This document shows positions 43,663 through 52,632 of a stretch of 64,000 nt of DNA, piece by piece. Position numbers and translations under genes: made by a program. Source of the stretch: Naegleria gruberi (taxonomy: Eukaryota); assembly GCA_000004985.1 (NCBI GenBank), contig GG738890.1. One strand, given 5' to 3'. The notes below the pieces were generated by a model, which searched no databases, was not told where the DNA came from, and was given only the letters and a program-made list of their open reading frames with translations. Numbering within the stretch: position 1 is the first letter of the stretch; every line of letters begins with the position of its first letter.

Positions 43663-45384
43663 TTATTTGTGTATTCTTGTTTGAATCATTTCACTGAAAA
43701 GATCACTCACACTGAATCTTATGAACATGTCTTGAAGTACGGAAGCAGTCATTTCATTCAGTACTTCATCAAATAGTAATGGTGCTTGTGAAAGGAAGAA
43801 ATCTTCCTCAACTTTATCAGAGAATATTTCAGATATTTTGAATTTCACATCTTGCCTTAATTTGTCTCTTGTGTTTACGTACATTATCGAAGATTCATCA
43901 AAAAGGAAGTACTTTCCAATTGACTCTGCAACAATTTTTGCCTTACTGAAATTATTAAACTTGGAAGTAAGGGGTTTGTACTTTAAATTAATATCCTCCC
44001 AAAATATGATATTTTCAGAGTTATATTCCTTTGAGCTCATTATCTTAAAGTATTTTCTAAAGTGATCTGTTTGGAGAATCATATTTACATCAATAGTTTT
44101 TGGATCAATATTTTGATAGAATTCAATATCTGCTGCAAAACATGATCTAGATTTGGGTATATTTCTTTCTTTTGATTTACAAATATTGAGTGAATCTTGT
44201 TCCAAAGATTGTTTCATTTCTGTGCTTAGTGATTGTAAATCTGATGTTCCTGGAATCATCTTATATCTTGGTACAGTTGAGAAGAATGATTCAATGCTCT
44301 TCATTATTCCTCCCATATTTGCAAAAGTCGTATTAACCGTAGTGACCTGATCAGTGGTAATTGGCTGTGCTGACTGCTGACTGGCCCCTTCAATTTCAAT
44401 CATTACTTCTCTTTCTGAACTTGAATGGTTATTTGAATGACTATTTTCCTTATCAGTTGCATTTGCAAGAAGACTATCAATGATCAAATCTGAAATTGGG
44501 GATGCAATTGTTTTATCCATGTGAAGAACCAAATCTTTGATTATATTTGGACATGCATCTGCATAGTTGTGTCTCCATGACTTGGCAACCTTTCCATTTC
44601 TAATGAGAAACATACATGGTTTGATTCTAAATGAATTGTTAAAATACTTGCTGTCCATTCTTACACTTTGTTCGAACCCCTCCATATGAACCTTAGCCAG
44701 TTGAGGCATCAGATGGGATATATATGTACTAATAGGTGGTAAATTATAGAAAATATTGAATTTTGATGCAAATTGCTGTTCTGGATCATTTATCCTCACC
44801 AAGTTTTGAATTTCTGGTACTTTCCACTAATTTAGTTTTGATTCGCCACAATTTTTTGAATAAACTATTCATGTGATTCAGTAATTGCTTACCTTTGCAA
44901 AGAAACTCTCTCCCTCCTCAACATCTTCAGGATAAACAACAACAGGAATAATATTGTATTGCTTGAGAGTTCTATAAAATTCCATCAATTGATTCATTCT
45001 TCTATTGCAGAATCCACATCCTTGAAATTTAACATATCTTCTGAAAATTAACAAGATATTCGATCTACAAGACATGTCATGAATATTCTCACCATAATTT
45101 GTTATCATTTGTTGTGTTACTTGTGCAATGTCGAGTGAAAGATCTTCTGCTTCCATCTCTTTACATCGTTTTGCGTTAGGGAAGGGCGTTTTGTTCGGCA
45201 CTGGATTGTAACTCTTCATGATGGTGATGCAATTACTTTGATATGTGGAATAGTATTTTTTTTTGATGCAACAAATTGAAACTGTTGGCCAACACTTGTC
45301 ATGTTGGGAAAATAGTTCATTGTTGTATGATGTTTGAAAGCATGAACTGCATGTTGGTTCATCAGCATGTTGTTGGGATAACAA
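43663..45384 (-). CDS. thioredoxin-fold CxxC domain (DCC/DUF393- or PRXL2-like) fused to an RGS domain, 2 exons
   Basis: Exons are about complement(join(43663..44826,44893..45384)) with a 66-nt intron GTAAGCAATTACTG...CTAAATTAG. The junction reads ...ESFFAK|WKVPEIQNLVRINDPEQQF. The upstream exon carries ILLIFRRYVKFQGCGFCNRRMNQLMEFYR, a CxxC redox-type motif. The downstream exon carries an RGS domain FRKYFKIMSSKEYNSENIIFWEDINLKYK....AKIVAESIGKYFLFDESSIMYVNT. The track ORF start at 44802 is a TTG inside the exon. Confidence 0.6.
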
Positions 45385-45530
45385 TTTAAAGCATTCACAC
45401 AGATGACTTTTGTAAATAAATTGAAAAATGGGAACTGTCTTTGTAAAAACAGTCTCAGTATACTCTTTATCTGTTTAAAATTCGAAAATCAAATGAAATT
45501 CTTTCAAATAATTCCAAATTTCAGTAAAAT

Positions 45531-45962
45531 CTATTTAAAAAGTTTAAATTTCTTTACAAATTTAGCCACCAGAGAACGAGGATAAGGTTTCAAAGCAATT
45601 GAAGTTGGAATATTTTCTGGTTGTTCCACCCACAATTTATATTTCATTTGATTCTTATCCAAATCATCACGAAGGGAAAGTAATTGTTTCTCCGAAGGAC
45701 ATTCCAAAACAATTGTATGCATTTGATGGATAGCATTAGCATCTACATAATTCAAAGTAATTGGATCCTTGTCAATAAGTAAACTTTCGGAAATGATGGA
45801 AACACTGGCATGACTTCCCTGAGAGACAATTGAACCAATAGCATAGGAATAAGGTGGTTGCATTAAATCTCTTCTAATGACAATGTATTGAACAATGGTA
45901 TCGATGGTGGCATTGGCTTGTGGTGGAAGTTGAGGTTCCGATGTTGATTGATTTTCGCTCAT
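45531..45962 (-). CDS. peptidyl-tRNA hydrolase domain-containing protein 1 (PTRHD1) homolog
   Basis: This 143-aa ORF has a verified ATG. [31 protein letters not shown] aligns with human [95 protein letters not shown] aligns with [61 protein letters not shown]. Confidence 0.8.
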   Translation of the reverse strand: [143 protein letters not shown]

Positions 45963-46055
45963 TTTTTTATTATTAATTTTAATATTTAATATTCTATATT
46001 ATTAAATAATATTTAAATATTTAATGTTCTTTAAAAAATTTGAAATTATTAAAAA

Positions 46056-47876
46056 ATGAAAAGAAGTAGAGAGGGAGGAAATTCATCATCCTCTGCTAAA
46101 AAAACAAATGATTTTTCATCTCCGAAGTCACTTGTTGATGTTTCAGCCTCATCCTCATCAACAAACACAAATTCATCAAATAGAGAAAAATTCTCTCAAC
46201 AATTAACTCAAGGAAAGGACCAAAAACGAAGAGGAACATCATCAAGTTACAGTTCTAAACAAACAAGTGGAAATTCATATGGTGATTCTAAATCTATGGT
46301 TGATAAAAAGAAGAGAAGTGAATTAATTAAACATTTCCAAGCAAATTATAATAAGAGATATGCACTTATTCAATATAGACATATTGATATTAAAGTGGAT
46401 AAGAGTTTGACTAAGAAATCAAAGGATGAATCTGAAAAGGAGTCTGCTGATGAAAGAAAAGCTACTTGTGATAATTTATATTCCCTTTGGAAGAGGAATT
46501 CTTTTATTTGGGAAATGATTGAGGATTTTACAAAGTATTCAAAATCTGGAGGAGGTGGTTTTGATTTGTTTAATTTCCCTAATTTATCTATTGAATTGAC
46601 CCATTATTTGCTTTGTTTAATTGACAGCAAAAAGAAGCCACAAGATTTGAAATCTTTGGATTATAAGGACGTTGTTACAAACAATGTTCAATTACCATCA
46701 ATTTATCACAGAGGTGCTGAAGATCAAGCAACTCATAGATTCCAATTGAGTTTTGTCAATTCGATGAGATCTGGTAAAGAGATGGTTCTCTTGAGAATGA
46801 GAGCTTACAATAGTACAGATGAGGAAATTAGTGAAGATTTGAGAAAGTTGGCAACTCATTCATCATTTGCCATTGCTAGAGCAGTATCTGTTTATCAGCT
46901 CTTTAATGATGCCAAAGTTTTACCTCACTCCTTTGAAGAGTATGGTAATTATACATGTCTATTCTCCTCTCCTTCCTTTAAAAAGACCAGTCCAGCAACT
47001 TCCTATGTTAAACATAAGGCAGAAGCTTTCAGCTTACTGAACTCTATTGCTCAATCTAACAAGGTCATTTCAAAGAATGAAGATTCCAACAAGAAGAAGA
47101 ATAAGAAACCATCCACAATCTCCAAGGATTCATCCACTACTGCTACTGACCCACAAGAAAACTCCCAACAACGTCCACTGCTCAAAATCAAAGAACGACT
47201 TCGAAGAAAGAATGCAAACCATTTCTCTCACCAACATTCAAACAAAAATAACAAGAAGAATACTTCTTCAACAATTGCAACTCCAACCAAAAAGAAGAGA
47301 AAGATGGATACCAGTGATGATACAACGATAGTAGTAGAAGCAACAGCAACAACAAGTGATGTAAATAATACAGCAACAACAACAACAATAGAAAATCAAC
47401 AATCATCATCATCGGAAGAAAAGAAGAAACAAGAAAAGACCAAACGAAAATATGAAGAATATTTACCACTGAATGAAATGTGGAAGGAATATATGAAAAC
47501 AACACTGGGACCTTCCTCTCTAGTGAATAATGAAACTTTACTCAAAGTTGATTATCATGGCTGTATATTTAAAGTTGTAAAGAGTAAATGTGGTTCCTAT
47601 GTTGGAAAGGAAGGAATCATGATTAAAGAAAGCGAGAATACATTCCAAATATTATCTAGAGAGAATAAGACTTTTACCATCCCTAAGAATGGATCAATCT
47701 TTCAATTTACATTTGAGAAGGAAGTCATTAACAAATCACCCAAAGTGAAAGACACTCCAAAACAACAACCACAATACAAGCACTTCCAAGTAGAAATAAT
47801 CGGAACACAATTTTGCTTTAGAACCTATGATAGAGCTTCAAAGAGATTCAAACGAAGAGACATTATTGATTTATAA
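46056..47876 (+). CDS. RNase P/MRP protein subunit Rpp29 (POP4) domain protein with long N-terminal extension
   Basis: This 606-aa single ORF has a verified ATG. The C-terminal ~110 aa VDYHGCIFKVVKSKCGSYVGKEGIMIKESENTFQILSRENKTFTIPKNGSIFQFTF....GTQFCFRTYDRASKRFKRRD fits the Rpp29 Sm-like fold pattern (hG..v.Vv.S.....vGi.Givv.ET.ntF.i......k.ipK....F.f........G..l..Rp.eR..KKfK). The N-terminal ~450 aa is S/K-rich with no recognised domain. Confidence 0.6.
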   Translation: MKRSREGGNSSSSAKKTNDFSSPKSLVDVSASSSSTNTNSSNREKFSQQLTQGKDQKRRGTSSSYSSKQTSGNSYGDSKSMVDKKKRSELIKHFQANYNKRYALIQYRHIDIKVDKSLTKKSKDESEKESADERKATCDNLYSLWKRNSFIWEMIEDFTKYSKSGGGGFDLFNFPNLSIELTHYLLCLIDSKKKPQDLKSLDYKDVVTNNVQLPSIYHRGAEDQATHRFQLSFVNSMRSGKEMVLLRMRAYNSTDEEISEDLRKLATHSSFAIARAVSVYQLFNDAKVLPHSFEEYGNYTCLFSSPSFKKTSPATSYVKHKAEAFSLLNSIAQSNKVISKNEDSNKKKNKKPSTISKDSSTTATDPQENSQQRPLLKIKERLRRKNANHFSHQHSNKNNKKNTSSTIATPTKKKRKMDTSDDTTIVVEATATTSDVNNTATTTTIENQQSSSSEEKKKQEKTKRKYEEYLPLNEMWKEYMKTTLGPSSLVNNETLLKVDYHGCIFKVVKSKCGSYVGKEGIMIKESENTFQILSRENKTFTIPKNGSIFQFTFEKEVINKSPKVKDTPKQQPQYKHFQVEIIGTQFCFRTYDRASKRFKRRDIIDL

Positions 47877-48013
47877 ATTTATTCAAGTCATTTAATTTAT
47901 ATAATCTCTCCTTCATCATTTCATTCACATATATTAATAGAGTCAACAATTTGGATCATTATTATGAAATTCATCATTAATATTCACATATTATTATCAA
48001 ATTAATTAATTTA

Positions 48014-51000
48014 ATGAAAATTCGTCGTTCAAAAAAAATGATGCAACAACAAGGTTTGCCAACTCTTGAACAAATCAAGACGGTGCTTTTGAATACCTTT
48101 AGTAACAATCGGGCTCAACAATTAGAAGCTGAAAATTTTCTTTCTCAATTGAGACATGTTAATGGGTTCTGTAGTTCAATTTTACAATTAGTTTTGCAAT
48201 CACAACAAGAAAATAGTCAACAAGCACTTTATATTCAACAGGCAGGTGTAATTTTCTTGAAGAATTTTATTACTAAAAACTATGACGAAAGAGGAAATTT
48301 CTTTGGAGAGGAAGATAGCGAACCAACTGAAAAGTTAATTCCTATCAGTGCTGAAGATAGACAATTTTTGAGAGAAAATATCTTGAAGGCTTTGGTAATG
48401 TCCTCAACTGTTATTCAAAGTCAATTGTGTGTTGTTTTACACACAATGATTTGTACTGATTATCCAGTTAATTGGGTTAATTTGGTTGATGAAATTGTTA
48501 ATTTGTTAAAATCTAATGATGTTAGATGTGTTTATGCTGCATTGTTGGCTTTGGATTCTTTGTTAAAGAGATACAAGACTGCCCTTGAAGATCATTATAG
48601 AATTGTTGTCAATGATATTGTTTCTAGAACCTTTGATATTGTCACTGGTTTGTTCCAATACTTGTTGAGTCAAAATACTGATGAATTTGCTGTTATGAGA
48701 AAGTTGATCGTTAAGGTTATTTGGTCTGCTTTCCAAAATGGTGTTCCTCAATATTATACTTTGGAAGTTAAAGAAGGAAAATTAGATAGATTTACCAAAC
48801 TTATGGAAATGTTATTGGAATCATACAAGATTCAAGTTCCACCTCTTAATATTGATAGTGTTGAAAATCCACATTGGAAAGTTAAAAAGTGGATTGGTCA
48901 CTTTGGTTATAGATTACTTTTAACATTCTCTGCTTTGGAAGTTAGACCAAATACTTCTGCTGAAGAAGCTAAAATTGCTGAATATTTCATTTCACAACAT
49001 GCTCAAAAATTCTTACAAATCTTCCTTCAATTAGTTCAATATAATATTAAGGGATCATATGTACCATATCGTATCATTACACTCGTATTTAGATACTTGG
49101 ATGGTTGTATCTCAAATCCTGATTTATACAAGTCAACTATTATTTCTAATTTGAAGGCTCTCATTGTAGAAACAATTTTCCCATATCTCTATTTCTCATC
49201 TGGTGATAAGGAACTCTGGGAATTTGATCCTCAAGAATGGATTAGAATTGGTTATGATCTTTCTGAAGATTTGTGGAACACTAGAATTAATGCCATGGGT
49301 ACCCTCACTACTCTCTTGACAACCAGAAGAAAGGATTCATTCGGTATCTATCTTCAATATATTACTGAAGTTTTGACCAATTATGCAAATGGTACTCACG
49401 TTAATCCATCTCTCAAGGACGCTGTTCTCTATACTATTGGTAACATGTCAAAACTCTTCTCAAAGAGTGCTATGACTAAGGATAAGATTGAAGATTTATT
49501 GTTAATGTTTGTTTTCCCAGAATTCACAAACACTCAACAACCATACCTTAGAGCTAGAGCTTGTTGGGCTCTTGGTAGATTTTCCGAAATTTCATACAAG
49601 AATCCATCTACTATGAATGACGGTATGAAGCACGTCTTGAACTGTCTCCAAGATAAGCAAATTCCAGTTAGAATTCAAGCTGGTTTGACTTTGAGTTGTT
49701 TGTTGAATTTAGAGAATTCTATCCAACAAATTAGACCAATTCTTCCACAACTTTTGGATGTCTACATGAGCATTATGAACGAAATGGAACATTCAACAGT
49801 CGTTAGAAGTATTGAACTTTTGGTTGGAGCATTTGCTGAAGAAATGGAACCATTCGCTGTTTCTATCTGTTCTAGAATGAGTGCTACCTACATTAGACTT
49901 TTGGATGAAGATGATAACGATTTGGACAATGCTGAATCTGATATTCTTATGGAAAACTGTATCCAAACTATTCTCACACTCATGCAATCCTTCACCTCCA
50001 AGCCAGGTGTTTATAGACAATTGGAACCTGTCATTTTACCACTCATTTTGAAGATTTTGGAAAATCAAGAATATGGTTACGATTTTGTTGAAAATGCCAT
50101 GGATATGCTCACATATTTGACTTATTATTGTGAAAATGGAATGGTTTCTGAAAATTGTTGGTCAATCTTACCTGCTATTTATGAAGCATTCAATGGATGG
50201 GCTTATGATTTTATTGGATATTTGGTTGCTTCATTAGATAACTTTATTTCCAAGAATCCTCAAAGATTCTTACAAAACCCAGATCATGTCACTATGGTTT
50301 ATCACTTGTGTGCTAAACACTTGGGTAAGGATGCTGAAACTGTTGAAAAGGAAGCTCAAGGCGCTTGTAAGATTTTGTCGAGCATGATGCAAAATTGTAA
50401 AGGTGCTATTGATAGTGAAATTCCAAAGTATCTTGAAATGGTTATGTGTCAAATTGATTTGGCTGAATCACCTGCTTTCACTGTTTTACTTTTGGAAGTT
50501 GTTGCTGATGCCATCATTTACAATATGGAGCTTGCTCTCAGTTTTATCGAATCCAAACAATTCACTGTTAAATTATTCTCCAAATGGTTCCAAACTTTAC
50601 CTAAATTCATGAGAGTTTATGATAAGAAGATTGCAGTTATTGCATTCTCTAACATTATTGGATATCCAAACTTTTCATCTCTTCCACAAGCTCTTCAAGC
50701 TAATGTTGAATATTTGGTTAATGCCTCTATTAGACTTTTGAAAGAAATTTCTGAACTCAAGAAGAAGCTTGCCGAAGAAAAGGATAAGGAAGAAGACGAT
50801 GGCGATTTTGAGGATGATTATGATAGTGAAGAAGAAGAATATAACAATGGTGGATCAACAACTGATAAGCAAATGACATTGACTGTTGACTCTTTGAAGC
50901 ATAATCCTCATCTTCAAAAGCTTGTTGAAACTCTTACCAGCTCATCATATGATGTTCAAGCTGATGAAGAAATTGATGAAATGGAAATCTTTGATTCCTT

Positions 51001-51148
51001 ACTCGACAAGTTTGACGAAAATGTTTACTTTGGTAAAGCAATGGTTTCCTTCTCCTCCTCTCCTTCATTCCAAGCTATTGTTGCTAAATTGAGCAATGAA
51101 GATAGCAACTCATTACAACAACTCATGCAAGCTTCGATGCAACAATAA
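48014..51148 (+). CDS. importin-7/8 (RanBP7/8) family nuclear transport receptor
   Basis: This 1044-aa single ORF has a verified ATG. The N-terminal importin-beta N-terminal motif is AENFLSQLRHVNGFCSSILQLVL. HEAT-repeat composition continues throughout, with an acidic insert near the C-terminus EEDDGDFEDDYDSEEEEY typical of importin 7. Length matches IPO7 at about 1040 aa. Confidence 0.8.
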   Translation: MKIRRSKKMMQQQGLPTLEQIKTVLLNTFSNNRAQQLEAENFLSQLRHVNGFCSSILQLVLQSQQENSQQALYIQQAGVIFLKNFITKNYDERGNFFGEEDSEPTEKLIPISAEDRQFLRENILKALVMSSTVIQSQLCVVLHTMICTDYPVNWVNLVDEIVNLLKSNDVRCVYAALLALDSLLKRYKTALEDHYRIVVNDIVSRTFDIVTGLFQYLLSQNTDEFAVMRKLIVKVIWSAFQNGVPQYYTLEVKEGKLDRFTKLMEMLLESYKIQVPPLNIDSVENPHWKVKKWIGHFGYRLLLTFSALEVRPNTSAEEAKIAEYFISQHAQKFLQIFLQLVQYNIKGSYVPYRIITLVFRYLDGCISNPDLYKSTIISNLKALIVETIFPYLYFSSGDKELWEFDPQEWIRIGYDLSEDLWNTRINAMGTLTTLLTTRRKDSFGIYLQYITEVLTNYANGTHVNPSLKDAVLYTIGNMSKLFSKSAMTKDKIEDLLLMFVFPEFTNTQQPYLRARACWALGRFSEISYKNPSTMNDGMKHVLNCLQDKQIPVRIQAGLTLSCLLNLENSIQQIRPILPQLLDVYMSIMNEMEHSTVVRSIELLVGAFAEEMEPFAVSICSRMSATYIRLLDEDDNDLDNAESDILMENCIQTILTLMQSFTSKPGVYRQLEPVILPLILKILENQEYGYDFVENAMDMLTYLTYYCENGMVSENCWSILPAIYEAFNGWAYDFIGYLVASLDNFISKNPQRFLQNPDHVTMVYHLCAKHLGKDAETVEKEAQGACKILSSMMQNCKGAIDSEIPKYLEMVMCQIDLAESPAFTVLLLEVVADAIIYNMELALSFIESKQFTVKLFSKWFQTLPKFMRVYDKKIAVIAFSNIIGYPNFSSLPQALQANVEYLVNASIRLLKEISELKKKLAEEKDKEEDDGDFEDDYDSEEEEYNNGGSTTDKQMTLTVDSLKHNPHLQKLVETLTSSSYDVQADEEIDEMEIFDSLLDKFDENVYFGKAMVSFSSSPSFQAIVAKLSNEDSNSLQQLMQASMQQ

Positions 51149-51259
51149 ATGTAAATATTAATTTATGTAACACAAATTGTGAATTTTCTAAAAATTTAAT
51201 TCCCTAGTTCAATTAAAAAATGATTTTTTGTTAAATAAATTGTTTAGATTGAATTTTAT

Positions 51260-52216
51260 TTAGGCCATGTTGACAGTGACACCGAATTTGAATTCAGATT
51301 TAGCTGGATTAGCTTCAATTGTAGTGTTAATATTTGTTGCCATGGATGGAGCAACATCGAAACTGGCAGCAATGACGAATTGTTGATTGGCAGTAACACG
51401 GAGCTTAGCAGTTTGGAAATTTTGTTGGAAACCATAAACAAAGTTAAGAGCACGTTCGGAAATATCATAAGTAGCTTCTGTGCACAAGTAAGTATCAATA
51501 GCAACTTGTTGGAAGTAAGAAGCCTTCAAGTTATAGGTGTTAATTTGAGAGAGAGCACCAGTCACCTTAGCTTCACCAGTAATAACAGTTTGCTTTGAAG
51601 GTTGATAACGACAACAATAACCCAATCCACTAACTCTATCAGTGGTTCTAAAGAAACCAGAACAACCAAGTTGAAGGAATGGTAAAACACTTTGCATGTA
51701 GGAAACTTGTATTTTACCCTTTTCAAGATCATATTGAGCATCAATAATATAATCCTTGTCGGTAAAATCACCCTTGATGTAGAGAGCATTATTAGCACTC
51801 ACATAAGTAATTTCACTGTAAAGCATTTCCTTGAAGAATTTATGTCTCAACGACACATAGTGAAGAAAGTGTGGGAAACCAATTTGGGAGAAAAATTGTG
51901 TCTTCTTATTGGAAAATGAAAGTGTTGTGTTATAATCAGGAGCTCTCATTCCGTTACCTCCAACGAAAATACTGTGTCCCATGGAAAACTCATGTTGAGC
52001 TGAATGATTAATATTCTTGTTTAATTGAACAGTGAATCCTTCTCCAACATCCGATACAAATAATTCTTTGGCTTCCTTGTTATAATCTTCATATTTACGA
52101 GGTTCCTTCAAACCCTTTGCTTTACGAACATTCTTGAGGTAATTATTTAAATTATCGACCAAGCTTGATGATGTATTGGATGATGTTGTTGATGCTGCTT
52201 GCTGTCTATTGTTCAT
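51260..52216 (-). CDS. mitochondrial outer-membrane translocase channel TOM40-like beta-barrel protein
   Basis: The 318-aa protein has a verified ATG. The N-terminal conserved block YEDYNKEAKELFVSDVGEGFTVQLNKNINHSAQHEFSMGHS resembles Tom40 FEECHRKCKELFP..EGVKLTVNKGLSNHFQVNHTV. The remainder shows alternating hydrophobic beta-strand periodicity of a 19-strand porin-type barrel. A VDAC-type porin is the alternative reading. Confidence 0.65.
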   Translation of the reverse strand: MNNRQQAASTTSSNTSSSLVDNLNNYLKNVRKAKGLKEPRKYEDYNKEAKELFVSDVGEGFTVQLNKNINHSAQHEFSMGHSIFVGGNGMRAPDYNTTLSFSNKKTQFFSQIGFPHFLHYVSLRHKFFKEMLYSEITYVSANNALYIKGDFTDKDYIIDAQYDLEKGKIQVSYMQSVLPFLQLGCSGFFRTTDRVSGLGYCCRYQPSKQTVITGEAKVTGALSQINTYNLKASYFQQVAIDTYLCTEATYDISERALNFVYGFQQNFQTAKLRVTANQQFVIAASFDVAPSMATNINTTIEANPAKSEFKFGVTVNMA

Positions 52217-52632
52217 TCTCTTTTTAATATGATGATGAAAAGGTTAAAAGGCAACAAATACGACGACGATGAAAAATTCTTGTTGTGTATTTGCAATATT
52301 TTTTTGTCGGCACTTGTTTTGAGTCAAAGCAAGAATTAACGCTGAACCCAATCAACTTTTTCAAATATTACAAACCAAAAGCACAGTAAAAAGCTTGCCA
52401 AGAAAATTCTAAAGAAAAACAATCAATAATAATTTAAATTGAGACAAAATGATCATGAAGCACCCCAAAGTGAAGAGATGGTAAAAATCGATTGATTACA
52501 TTTTGATAGAATTAAAAAACAATGAATTCCGAACATGATGAATTTGATTGATAAGTGGTGTGGAAAATTCTCATGTATTTATTTGAATACGAATCAAAAG
52601 TTTACAGTAATAGTACAGGCAAAATTGTTAAC

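Noticed and set aside
44660-44680. GTTCGAACCCC tRNA box-B-like motif
   Set aside because: It lies inside the RGS-domain coding exon, in frame with conserved protein sequence. No cloverleaf can be built.
47047-47505. ORFs 47047..47331 (+) and 47188..47505 (-) inside the Rpp29-domain gene
   Set aside because: They arise from the lysine/AAG-rich and T-rich stretch of the long ORF 46056..47876 and have no independent start or motif.
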